The notes: generated from the sequence alone by a model not told the origin. Counted from the stretch's first letter, positions 18,384 through 27,263 are shown. The stretch is 32,000 bases of DNA from Sedimentisphaera cyanobacteriorum (GCF_001997385.1 NZ_CP019633.1:1710001-1742000); one strand, 5' to 3'. Translations and numbers: made by a program.

Positions 18384-20984
18384 TTAATCGCCGGCCTCGA
18401 GCTTCTTTACAGTGTAGCTGTATTTGTCGGCGTCTATGAGTATCTTATCGCCCTGTGAGAATTTGCCTTCGAGCATCTCCGAGGCGAGTTTGTTTTCGAG
18501 CCGGTGCTGGATAGCCCGCTTGAGCGGCCTTGCCCCGAATACCGGATCGTATCCTTCATCCATAATCAGCTCTGTTGCTGCATCGGTAAATTCAACCTCA
18601 ACATCCCTCTCCGCGAGCCTCTGCCTGAGGTTTTCAAGCTGGAGCTCAACAATCTGCTTGAGCTCTTCTTTTCCGAGCGTTTTGAATACGAGCTTCTCAT
18701 CGATCCTGTTGAGAAATTCCGGGCGGAACACCTGAGTAAGCACATCTCGAACGTGCGCTTCTATCTCCCAGTCTGCCCCGTCTTCCTGAGTGAGCGATCT
18801 TATCTGATCGCCTGCGAGGTTGCTGGTCATAATGATAACGGTGTTTTTGAAGTCAACGGTTCTGCCCTTCCCGTCGGTAAGCCGGCCGTCATCAAAGATC
18901 TGAAGCATCACGTTAAACACGTCTTCATGAGCCTTTTCGATCTCATCGAGCAGGACAACAGAATAAGGCCGCCTCCGCACAGATTCGGTGAGTTTGCCGC
19001 CTTCTTCATAGCCCACGTATCCCGGAGGAGCTCCGATAAGCCGAGAAACAGAATGAGCTTCCATAAACTCGCTCATATCGATTCGAATCATGGCGTTCTC
19101 ATCGTTGAACATAAACTCAGCAAGCGCCTTGGCAAGCTCTGTTTTTCCAACGCCTGTAGGCCCGAGAAACAGGAATACGCCTATCGGGCGTTTCGGATCG
19201 CTGAGCCCTGCCCTGCTCCGCCTAACGGCATTCGAAAGCGAGGATACTGCCTGATCCTGCCCGACAACACGTTCTTTGAGCTTTGTTTCCATATTGATGA
19301 GCTTCTCCCTCTCGCCCACCATCAGATTCGAAACGGGGATTCCCGTCCAGCTGGAAACTACCTCTGCGATATGCTCCGCTGTTACCTCGTTCTGGATGAG
19401 CTTCGGCTCGCCGCTGCCTTCCTCGCGTGCCTTTTTCTCGGCCTCTTCAAGCTGTTTTTCCAGCTCGATAATCTTGCCGTACTTTATACGGGCTGCCTTC
19501 TCCAGCTCGCCGTTGCGCTGGGCTTCCTCGAATTCGTTATGAGCCTTCTCAACTTCCTGCTTTATCGATTTGAGCTCATCGATACCTTCCTTCTCACGGT
19601 CCCACTGCTCTGTAAGCTTTTGATTCTCTTTTTCAAGCTCTTCAAGCTGTTTTTCGGTTTCTGCGAGCTGTTTCTGGCTTGCCTCATCGCTCTCTTTCTT
19701 CAGAGCCTCCCGCTCAATCTGCAGCTGAACGATCCTCCGCCTTATCTTATCAAGCTCCTCGGGGAGCGAGTCGTTTTCAATGCGCAGCTTCGAGGCCGCC
19801 TCGTCTATGAGGTCTATAGCCTTATCGGGAAGCCAGCGGTCTGTTATGTAGCGGTTGGAGAGAGTGGCCGCTGAGACGAGAGCAGAATCCTGAATACGCA
19901 CGCCGTGATGGGCGTCGTAGCGGTCTTTCAGGCCGCGCAGTATCGCAACAGTTTCCTCCACAGACGGCGCCTCCACCAGCACCGGCTGAAACCTCCTCTC
20001 AAGGGCGGCATCTTTCTCGATTTGCTTACGGTATTCAGCGAGGGTGGTAGCGCCTATGCAGCGAAGCTCGCCCCTTGCAAGCGAGGGCTTGAGCAGATTG
20101 CCCGCATCTACAGAGCCTTCTGTTTTTCCCGCTCCTACAATATTATGCAGTTCGTCTATGAACAGAATAATCTTGCCCGCAGATTCAGTAACCTCTTTGA
20201 GAACAGCCTTAAACCTGCTTTCAAACTCGCCGCGGAATTTTGTGCCTGCAATCAGAGAGCCCATATCCAGAGCTATAATCTTCTTTTCCTTGAGCCCGGC
20301 TGGAACGTCTCCATCCACAATCCGCTGCGCCATTCCCTCAACGATAGCCGTTTTCCCAACTCCCGGCTCCCCAATCAGAACAGGATTATTCTTCGTGCGG
20401 CGAGTGAGCACCTGCATACACCTGCGGATCTGGTCTTCCCGGCCGATAACCGGATCGAGCTTGCCGTTTCTGGCCATCTCCACAAGATCAATCCCGTATT
20501 TCTCGAGCGCCTGATAGCCCGCTTCGGGGTTTTCATCGGTTACCTTCTGACCGCCGCGAACATTGTCAACGGCCTCTTTTATCTGATCTGCGTTTACAGA
20601 GTTCAGGCTTAGAATCTCTTTTACCGTGCTCTCCACCTTCGCAAGCGAGATCAGAATATGTTCAACGCTGAGATACTCATCGCCCATTTGATCTGCTTCA
20701 TTCTGGGCGTTTAATACTATCTGATTTAGCTGCATATCCGGCATAATCATTGAGCCTGTTTTGCCGGTCGAGAGCTTCATAATCTCAGACTCTGTCATCT
20801 CCTTGAGCCGTGAAACCTTCACGCCGAGCTTCTCGAACACCTGCCCGGCAACACCATCCTCATCGTCCAGTATTGCTGAGAACAGATGCAGAGGGCTCAA
20901 AACCGTATTTTTCTTAGCCATGGCGATCTGCTGGGCGGTCGCCAGGGCTTCTTGTGCTTTTACTGTGAATTTGTCAAATTTCAT
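18384..20984 (-). CDS. clpB: ATP-dependent disaggregase ClpB
   Basis: Two AAA+ modules ([16 protein letters not shown]) and a long coiled-coil middle domain typical of ClpB, plus the Clp N domain. The ATG at 20984 (MKFDKFT) is preferred over the TTG at 20990. Confidence 0.95.
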   Translation of the reverse strand: MKFDKFTVKAQEALATAQQIAMAKKNTVLSPLHLFSAILDDEDGVAGQVFEKLGVKVSRLKEMTESEIMKLSTGKTGSMIMPDMQLNQIVLNAQNEADQMGDEYLSVEHILISLAKVESTVKEILSLNSVNADQIKEAVDNVRGGQKVTDENPEAGYQALEKYGIDLVEMARNGKLDPVIGREDQIRRCMQVLTRRTKNNPVLIGEPGVGKTAIVEGMAQRIVDGDVPAGLKEKKIIALDMGSLIAGTKFRGEFESRFKAVLKEVTESAGKIILFIDELHNIVGAGKTEGSVDAGNLLKPSLARGELRCIGATTLAEYRKQIEKDAALERRFQPVLVEAPSVEETVAILRGLKDRYDAHHGVRIQDSALVSAATLSNRYITDRWLPDKAIDLIDEAASKLRIENDSLPEELDKIRRRIVQLQIEREALKKESDEASQKQLAETEKQLEELEKENQKLTEQWDREKEGIDELKSIKQEVEKAHNEFEEAQRNGELEKAARIKYGKIIELEKQLEEAEKKAREEGSGEPKLIQNEVTAEHIAEVVSSWTGIPVSNLMVGEREKLINMETKLKERVVGQDQAVSSLSNAVRRSRAGLSDPKRPIGVFLFLGPTGVGKTELAKALAEFMFNDENAMIRIDMSEFMEAHSVSRLIGAPPGYVGYEEGGKLTESVRRRPYSVVLLDEIEKAHEDVFNVMLQIFDDGRLTDGKGRTVDFKNTVIIMTSNLAGDQIRSLTQEDGADWEIEAHVRDVLTQVFRPEFLNRIDEKLVFKTLGKEELKQIVELQLENLRQRLAERDVEVEFTDAATELIMDEGYDPVFGARPLKRAIQHRLENKLASEMLEGKFSQGDKILIDADKYSYTVKKLEAGD

Positions 20985-21171
20985 CCTCAATTACCTTTCC
21001 GTAAAATTCAGGAACCACTGAGCATACACAAATTCCGTGCCATAGCCTCTGGGGGCTTGTATGAAACAAAACTGACTCGCAGAACAGATTTGAAAACAAT
21101 TTCTGCTGTCATTTTGGCATATTGATTGTCATTAGTGATTACGAAGATTCGCGCGGATTTTGTGTTTTTTT

Positions 21172-21379
21172 ACCACGAAACACACGAAGGGGATATGGTT
21201 TTAATTGATTTTATTATCCACAGATGGCACGGATTTCACGGATAATTTTATGAATGTAAGAGCTTGCTGTAAAACAATTTATAATAAAATCCTTCGTGTT
21301 CCTTCGCTCCCTTCGCGGTTTAAGAAAATCAACCGCCCGAAAATCCTGTAAATCCCGTCTAAAAAAGAACCTGCCAATC
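21172..21379 (-). repeat. Copy C of the repeat family, in inverted orientation
   Basis: The reverse complement aligns to copy A across the left GAAGG triplet, the core and the right end (aaaaccatatccccttcgtgtgtttcgtggt). It contains a perfect TTATCCACA at 21214-21222. Confidence 0.7.
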
Positions 21380-21527
21380 CTGTAAAAATTATAAAAATTT
21401 GGCGGAAATTTTATTTTTCCATTGAAATTCTCTTCAAAATACATTAACCTGCTCATCACCAGGGAAAACGGCGTTTATTGGGCGGAAAAAGTAAAGAAAG
21501 ATTATTGTTTCACAGCAGGAGCATAAA

Positions 21528-22301
21528 ATGCGTATCCTCAGATTTTCAGTTGCGTTAGCGTTGGCAGCATCAGGCATTGCATTCGGTTTCGCCGCCGGCG
21601 ATGGTTCACAGGCTAATCCTTATCAGGTTGCCAATACGAACGATTTGCAGGAGATAGCGACGAACAATCCTAACTCCGGCGATTATTTCGTTCTTACAAG
21701 CAGCATCACAGGTGTTGACTTTGTTATTGGCGGTAGTTTTAATGGTAATTTTGATGGAGACGGAAATACTATAGACGTTTCCTATCAAGGCACCCTAACC
21801 GGCGACGATGCTCTTTTCGAAGAGATCGGCCAGCAGGGAGTTGTCAAAAACTTAAACGTAAACCTCGACTACGACCTCAGCGCTTACAGCGGAAACTGGG
21901 GATTTGTAGCTGGTATTGCCGGCTTTAACAACGGCGGTACTATCGAGAACTGCTCTGCGGCTGGTTCAATAGATGCCCAGGACAAAGGCCTTGCTGTTGG
22001 CGGTATCGTTGCTTCAAACGCAGGTACTCTGCAGAATTGCCAGTCTGAGGTGTCTATCGCAACAGACTACGGCTGCAACGCAGGCGGTATAGCAGGACAG
22101 TCCACCGGTTCGATTGACGAATGCTCATTCATGGGAAGTATGGATGTGGCAGATTCCGGCTTTGAAAGTATTGACGATACAGCTAATCCGACAATTGCAG
22201 GCGGTATCGTGGGATACGCTTGGGATACGCTTATGACGGTTCAGAATATACCAACCTTACAACAAATGCAGAAATCATCGCTGATGCAAGCGGTGTGGTA
22301 G
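21528..22301 (+). CDS. Fragment 1 of the disrupted surface protein (signal peptide plus first GLUG region)
   Basis: AGGAG precedes the ATG. GLUG-like repeats are present (VGGIVASNAGTLQNC, AGGIAGQSTGSIDEC). The frame is lost after ...IAGGIVGYA, and the last 26 codons are out-of-frame read-through. Confidence 0.75.
   Translation: MRILRFSVALALAASGIAFGFAAGDGSQANPYQVANTNDLQEIATNNPNSGDYFVLTSSITGVDFVIGGSFNGNFDGDGNTIDVSYQGTLTGDDALFEEIGQQGVVKNLNVNLDYDLSAYSGNWGFVAGIAGFNNGGTIENCSAAGSIDAQDKGLAVGGIVASNAGTLQNCQSEVSIATDYGCNAGGIAGQSTGSIDECSFMGSMDVADSGFESIDDTANPTIAGGIVGYAWDTLMTVQNIPTLQQMQKSSLMQAVW
22210..22231. repeat. Perfect 11-bp tandem duplication (tgggatacgct x2) causing the frameshift
   Basis: 22210-22220 is identical to 22221-22231. 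Deleting one unit gives AGGIVGYAYDGSEYTNL, which is continuous across both ORFs. Confidence 0.9.
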
Positions 22302-25003
22302 CAGGCGGCGTTGTAGGCTATCTTGAGTCCAGCGCAGTAACCGGAGCCCAAATGGCAGGCGGAAGCGTTACTGTTCCATCTGCACCGTTTAACGGCTCAA
22401 TTGTCGGCGGTATTGTTGGTCAGTCGCTAGACAGCAGCGTTATGCAGGCTGTTTTGGCTGAAGATGCTTCTGTTATCGGCGGACGCTACAGCGATACAGG
22501 CGGTATCGTGGGCTACAGCGGGATATCCACTGCCGGCGCAAGCGCAGAGATAAGCGAAGCTGTTTCTCTTGGTTACATTGAAACAGGCTACCTTGGCTAT
22601 GCAGGCGGAGTTGCCGGACGCAATTCAAGAGGGATGGTAACAAACTGCTATGCAGCGGGTAATGTTGTGGCCAACGAGTCAAGCGGCGATAACACAGTGC
22701 TCGGCGGCGTTGTAGGCCAGAACGAAAGAAACGACCAAAACGGCGGCGAAGCCCCTGTTCAGTACGTGCATTATGCAGGTACTATAATGGACAAGCAGGG
22801 CGGCCAAGGATTTCTCGGCGCAGTGATTGGCTGGAATAACGGCGGAAGCCTTGACAGCGCACATTACGACAGCGACTTGGCAGGCGTAAGCGAGTTTATC
22901 GGCTGGGGCGACCAGAACGAGACAAGCTCTACAGCCCTCACTTCAGTACAGATGACCCAGCAGGGCAATTTCCCGAACTTCAATTTCGCTCAGATTTGGT
23001 CTATGGGAGCAGCTTATCCGGTTCTCACATTCCAGCAAACTGGCGATTCTGTAAATTATCTTGTCGTTCTCCAACCGGGCGAACACGGATCAATAAATGA
23101 AGCAAATTCTGAAGATGATTTTGTGGATATATACTTTGAAGGGGCAGATTTTCCTTCAGTAAATGTTTCTTCTGACATGGGTTACGATTTTGTTGGTTTT
23201 GACCCTCCGCTGCCGGACATTGTTTCTGGCAATTTTGAGGCAACTGCACAGTACGAGGCGACTCCGCAGTACACAGTAACATTTGATGCTGGAGCGGGCG
23301 GAAGCATAACCGCAGGCGATGCAGTGCAGACCGTTTACGAGGGCGAAGATGCAGCTGAGCCTACAATCGAAGCTAACGAAGGCTGGGAGTTTGCCGGCTG
23401 GGACACAGACTTTACAAACGTCCAGTCCGACCTTACAGTAACCGCTCAGTATGAGCTTACATATACTGTAAACTTTTTGTCGGGCGCCAACGGTACTATA
23501 ACTTCAGGCGATACCGAGCAGACCGTTGCTGACGGCGGTTCAGCGACAGCTCCTACTGTTGAAGCAAATACCGGCTGGGAATTCACTGGCTGGGATACGG
23601 ATTTCACAAATGTTCAGTCAGACTTAACTGTAACGGCTCAGTATGAGGCGACTCGGCAGTACACAGTAACATTTGACGCTGGAGCGGGCGGAAGCATAAC
23701 CTCAGGCGAGGCAGTGCAGACCGTTTACGAAGGCGGAGATGCCGAGGCTCCGGAAATAACTCCTAATGCTCCATACATTTTCGCCGGCTGGGACAAAGAG
23801 TTCACAAACGTTCAGTCCGAGATTACTGTAACAGCCCAATACGATACCAAAACATTCACCGTAACATTCAATGCAGGGCAGTACGGCATTATATCAGAAG
23901 GTCAGTCTCAGCAGACAATTGAATACGGCAGCTCGGCAGCATCTCCGAGTGTTGAAGCTGATCAGGGCTGGGAGTTTGCCGGCTGGGATACACCATTTGA
24001 TAACGTAACAAGCGATCTTGCGATTACAGCGGAATACTCATTTGCGATGGCCGGCAGCGGAACGCCGGAAGACCCGTATCAGATTAAAACAGCCCAAGAT
24101 CTGGGAATGGCTGATTATGCCCTCTCCGCACGTTATGTTTTGATCAATGATATTGATTTGTCTGAGGAAAATTTTTACAGTATTGGAGATTCCGAAGAAC
24201 CATTTGCAGGCTCGTTTGATGGAAACGATAATAAGATTCAGCATTTGAATAAGCCTATTTTTTACAGTATCGGCGAAGCTGGAAAGGCAATTAATTTGGG
24301 AATTGAGGAAGTCGATATCAGCATGAGCAGCACAAATTCCTTTTCCATTGGTTCAATCGCTAAAAAATGTCGCGGCACTATCGAAAACTGCTATGTATCC
24401 GGCAATGTTGAAGGGGGTGATGATACAGGCGGGCTTGTTGGGCATCTTTATTATGAAGGAAGCCTGATTAACTGCAGCTCAACAGCAATGGTTCATGGAG
24501 ATAATCGAGTTGGCGGTTTAGTTGGCCGAAGCAATGGAGGAACAATTGAAAACTGTTACGCTGCCGGAGCTGAATCGGAAAACGGCTATTTACAGTCTAT
24601 AGATGGAACTGAAGATGTTGGCGGTATCTGCGGATTAAATTTCGGCACAATCGAAAGCTGCTGTTCAGAAATTTCTGTCTTTGGAAGCAGAAGCGTTGGC
24701 GGTCTTTGCGGGAAAAATTCAGGCCATATTAAAAACAGCTATTCAACCGAATGGGTTTCCTGCCTCGGGGATAATGAAGAAGATGATACAGTCTGCGGTT
24801 TCTGCGGGAAAAACAGCGGGACAATCAAACACTGCTACTCTACCTCTTGGGTAGGAGGGGATGATAATCCGCAGGGCGGCTTCTGCGGCGAAAAGAGTTA
24901 CAGCACCGAGCTGGAGTGTTTCTGGGATATCGAAACCTCGACAGTGGATATAGGCTACGGGAAAATCAACGGGCTCGACGGCGACGACGAGATCTATTCC
25001 TGA
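22220..25003 (+). CDS. Fragment 2 of the disrupted surface protein (GLUG region, 5 Flg_new-type repeats, second GLUG region)
   Basis: Its start is only an artefactual TTG inside the duplication. It ends at a TGA created 2 nt inside the IS left end (25001-25003). Confidence 0.75.
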   Translation: MGYAYDGSEYTNLTTNAEIIADASGVVAGGVVGYLESSAVTGAQMAGGSVTVPSAPFNGSIVGGIVGQSLDSSVMQAVLAEDASVIGGRYSDTGGIVGYSGISTAGASAEISEAVSLGYIETGYLGYAGGVAGRNSRGMVTNCYAAGNVVANESSGDNTVLGGVVGQNERNDQNGGEAPVQYVHYAGTIMDKQGGQGFLGAVIGWNNGGSLDSAHYDSDLAGVSEFIGWGDQNETSSTALTSVQMTQQGNFPNFNFAQIWSMGAAYPVLTFQQTGDSVNYLVVLQPGEHGSINEANSEDDFVDIYFEGADFPSVNVSSDMGYDFVGFDPPLPDIVSGNFEATAQYEATPQYTVTFDAGAGGSITAGDAVQTVYEGEDAAEPTIEANEGWEFAGWDTDFTNVQSDLTVTAQYELTYTVNFLSGANGTITSGDTEQTVADGGSATAPTVEANTGWEFTGWDTDFTNVQSDLTVTAQYEATRQYTVTFDAGAGGSITSGEAVQTVYEGGDAEAPEITPNAPYIFAGWDKEFTNVQSEITVTAQYDTKTFTVTFNAGQYGIISEGQSQQTIEYGSSAASPSVEADQGWEFAGWDTPFDNVTSDLAITAEYSFAMAGSGTPEDPYQIKTAQDLGMADYALSARYVLINDIDLSEENFYSIGDSEEPFAGSFDGNDNKIQHLNKPIFYSIGEAGKAINLGIEEVDISMSSTNSFSIGSIAKKCRGTIENCYVSGNVEGGDDTGGLVGHLYYEGSLINCSSTAMVHGDNRVGGLVGRSNGGTIENCYAAGAESENGYLQSIDGTEDVGGICGLNFGTIESCCSEISVFGSRSVGGLCGKNSGHIKNSYSTEWVSCLGDNEEDDTVCGFCGKNSGTIKHCYSTSWVGGDDNPQGGFCGEKSYSTELECFWDIETSTVDIGYGKINGLDGDDEIYS
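23051..24042 (+). repeat. Five tandem repeats of about 65 aa, of the Listeria-Bacteroides (Flg_new / InlB B-repeat-like) type, inside the surface-protein gene
   Basis: Repeat pattern YTVTFDAGAGGSIT.G...QTV..G..A..P.....GWEFAGWDTDFTNVQSDLTVTAQYE. There is a 390-bp DNA periodicity: 23255 onward matches 23645 onward at about 94% over roughly 95 nt. Confidence 0.75.
24987..24998. repeat. Left copy of the 12-bp target-site duplication (acgagatctatt)
   Basis: Identical to 26870-26881 and immediately abuts the IS terminal inverted repeat. Confidence 0.85.
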
Positions 25004-25024
25004 CTTCGGCGGTAAATTTTCATA

Positions 25025-25054
25025 AGTCCTTGTCAATAAAGGACTCGATTTTTT
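25025..25054 (+). terminator. Hairpin plus T-run inside the IS end, oriented to stop inward plus-strand read-through
   Basis: AGTCCTT-gtcaata-AAGGACT forms a 7-bp stem at 25025-25045, followed by cgaTTTTTT. Confidence 0.45.
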
Positions 25055-25102
25055 GCGCAGGCACTACAAACCCTATTTCGGAAGGTTTTTCGGCGGGTGA
25101 AA

Positions 25103-26725
25103 TTACATTTTGTAAGGCGTTGTATTGGTGCTGAGATTAACTGTTTTATAGAGTTTTCTTGCGTCCTCGTTAATCTTTGATGGCAGGACATATCTGCACT
25201 CTGTTTTCTTATCCCAGAGTATGCTCAGCTGCACGTGGTTGAGGGCATTTACAATCCTCGCCACAGACATCGGCTCAAATCTCAGCCGAACCCTGTAGGC
25301 CAGATTTCTCGCGCAGGTTAGAGCGATAAAGCATATCAGTATATGGGCTTTGATTCGTTTCGGCGTCCAGTGGTATATCGGCCGTATCTTCAGATCGTGC
25401 TTGCTTATCCTGAAGCACTCCTCAATCAGCCAGAGCTGCCTGTAATGATCTACTACAGCCGAATCATCCATATCCTTGACATTCGTTATAACACCGTGAA
25501 GACCATCAAAATTCGCAGCCTGCGCGTATTTCTCTTCATCTATCCGGCAGTCTATATCGCCGGTAACACGCATAAACTTCTTGTAGCCGTAGTTGCTTAT
25601 AAGTGATTTGGGGTTGCTGCTCTTTTCAAGCTTCTCCTGGAGCTTTCTTATAGCTTCATCCCTGTCGTGCTTATTCTTTTTAGCGAGTTTATCGCTGTAG
25701 GTAACAATAAGCCTTGTATCTTTGCCGTAATCAAAGCTTCTAAGCGGGGCATTGGATTCTGTAACCTTTGCTTTCCATTTATCAGTGAGGCTTTTAAGCC
25801 TCGCTGCCACAATATACTCAACTCCCTGCTTTTCAAGGTAATCAAGATTAGCCTTGCTAAGCATTGCGCTGTCTGCGGTGAAGATAACACGCTTGAGGTT
25901 GTATTTCTCTTTGATCTTAGGGATTACAGTATGCAGCGTATGCCCTTCATACTGATTGCCGGGGAATACCTCATAACCTACTGGAAGCCCTTCTGATGTG
26001 GACAGAAGACCAAGGACAACCTGCGGCTGATTGAACTTCATATCCTTGCTGTAGCCGTTCTTTTTGAGCTCATCTTCTGTAAATGATTCAAAATAAAGCG
26101 TGGTGCAGTCGTAGAAAAGAAGACTTATCTCTTCGCCGAGAAGGCCTTTAGCAGCACTGTGAGCACAGTTTTGAGCCTTGCTGATAATATCATCTGTGAT
26201 ATTATCCATCATACGGTAAACGCTGTCTAAAGAAAGGTTAATGCCGAAGTCTTTGGAGAGATCCTGAACGCTGCTGCGTTTGCTCACTGGGTTTGCAAGC
26301 CTTGCCATTGTGATATGACGAAGGTTTTTGCCTGCAGACTCTTTGCGTCTATCGAAAAGATTGTTAAAGCCAAGCTCATTGTAGATGCTGCCGAATACCT
26401 CATGGATGCCTGTAGTTATGCGTGCCTGTTCCCTGAGATTCTTTAGATTGACCCGCAAAGGCTTATCATCAATGTTTTTGCGGGCATCTATTGCAGCTTC
26501 TGCAAGATGCTCAGGCTTGAAAAGTGCCGGCGTTTTCTCGGCCTCAAGCTTGGCCTTCTCGAATTCGGCAAAATCCTTGAGCCGCTTAAGCTCTTCTTCT
26601 GTGAAGGCTGTGCCGAGATGACGAACTATACGCTGACGAGGCTGGTTCTTCTCGTTGCGATAACTCTCTACAATCTGTACCGACTGCTTCGGACTGTTTT
26701 TTGATGTCTTTACTCGTATAAACAT
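25103..26725 (-). CDS. DDE transposase, IS4 superfamily (IS1634-like)
   Basis: The N-terminus MFIRVKTSKNSPKQSVQIVESYRNEKNQPRQRIVRHLG is typical of IS1634-group transposases. Candidate DDE residues lie in LFYDCTTLYF and VIFTADSAM, with the YREK-type block YRQLWLIEECFRISKHDLKIRP. Confidence 0.9.
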   Translation of the reverse strand: MFIRVKTSKNSPKQSVQIVESYRNEKNQPRQRIVRHLGTAFTEEELKRLKDFAEFEKAKLEAEKTPALFKPEHLAEAAIDARKNIDDKPLRVNLKNLREQARITTGIHEVFGSIYNELGFNNLFDRRKESAGKNLRHITMARLANPVSKRSSVQDLSKDFGINLSLDSVYRMMDNITDDIISKAQNCAHSAAKGLLGEEISLLFYDCTTLYFESFTEDELKKNGYSKDMKFNQPQVVLGLLSTSEGLPVGYEVFPGNQYEGHTLHTVIPKIKEKYNLKRVIFTADSAMLSKANLDYLEKQGVEYIVAARLKSLTDKWKAKVTESNAPLRSFDYGKDTRLIVTYSDKLAKKNKHDRDEAIRKLQEKLEKSSNPKSLISNYGYKKFMRVTGDIDCRIDEEKYAQAANFDGLHGVITNVKDMDDSAVVDHYRQLWLIEECFRISKHDLKIRPIYHWTPKRIKAHILICFIALTCARNLAYRVRLRFEPMSVARIVNALNHVQLSILWDKKTECRYVLPSKINEDARKLYKTVNLSTNTTPYKM

Positions 26726-26869
26726 AAATGCAGATTATACGAAATCAAAACATTGTGTCAAAAAAATAAAAATTAGGCACTACGAGCGAACCGAACTTAA
26801 CAAACCCTCATAACAGCCTCAAAACGCACTTTTTGCAGAGTTTTCCACAATCATACCGCCGAAGTCAGG

Positions 26870-26881
26870 ACGAGATCTATT
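26870..26881. repeat. Right copy of the 12-bp target-site duplication (acgagatctatt)
   Basis: Identical to 24987-24998. Confidence 0.85.
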
Positions 26882-27159
26882 GGATAATGCTGAATATGGA
26901 GGATTTTCCGGGTGTTCGGGGCAAATCCACCGCTCAGATGCAGGATATAAATACATTTCTTGATGCCGGCTGGGATTTTGAAGGGGAAAGCGCAAACGGC
27001 GAAGAGGATATCTGGTTTATGCCGGAAAACGGATACCCCAAGCTCGCCGGCAGCGCCGGCAGCACCTCGGGAAGCAATCCTGCTGATATGAACGAGGACG
27101 GATACGTTGATATTCTCGATTTTGCGATATTCTCGGAAAACTGGCTCATAGCCGATTAG
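26870..27159 (+). CDS. Fragment 3 of the disrupted surface protein (C-terminal GWDF region plus dockerin-like Ca-binding repeat)
   Basis: ...DEIYWIMLNMEDFPGVRGKSTAQMQDINTFLDAGWDFEGE...DMNEDGYVDILDFAIFSENWLIAD*. The first 12 codons of the track ORF (start 26833) are IS sequence. Confidence 0.7.
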
Positions 27160-27263
27160 TCTTGCGCATAAGTGCGAACGGGGATTAGCTCTGCTATTAT
27201 CGCAAAGGGCGAATCCGCTTACCCAAAATCAGTTTCGCAGGCCTTCCGCCGAGCGGCGGGGGA

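Larger units (their letters stand above)
24999..26869 (-). mobile_element. IS4-superfamily (IS1634-like) insertion sequence, 1871 bp
   Basis: Perfect 16-bp terminal inverted repeats: cctgacttcggcggta at 24999-25014 and taccgccgaagtcagg at 26854-26869. It has one transposase ORF and is flanked by a 12-bp direct repeat. Confidence 0.9.
21528..27159 (+). pseudogene. Large secreted GLUG-motif / Listeria-Bacteroides-repeat / dockerin-like surface protein, disrupted by an 11-bp duplication and an IS insertion
   Basis: Removing one copy of the 11-bp duplication (22210-22231) and the IS plus one target-site copy (24999-26881) joins three ORFs into one frame of 1245 codons plus stop. It runs from signal peptide MRILRFSVALALAASGIAFG to ...DILDFAIFSENWLIAD*. 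Confidence 0.8.

Noticed and set aside
18504-19874. A 456-aa plus-strand ORF antisense to clpB. There are similar long antisense ORFs in both groEL genes (e.g. 8834-9541, 6468-7019), in dnaJ (5443-6015), in guaA/guaB and in sulfatase 1 (2705-3286).
   Set aside because: The opposite strands encode unmistakable full-length conserved proteins. The antisense translations are compositionally odd (Leu/Phe/Cys-rich), have no recognisable motifs, and are typical shadow ORFs.
21214-21459. An 81-aa ORF (…YIHKIIREIRAICG) in the clpB / surface-protein intergenic region.
   Set aside because: It is made of repeat-element copy C. The homologous copies A and B do not keep the frame open, so it is a spurious ORF created by the repeat.
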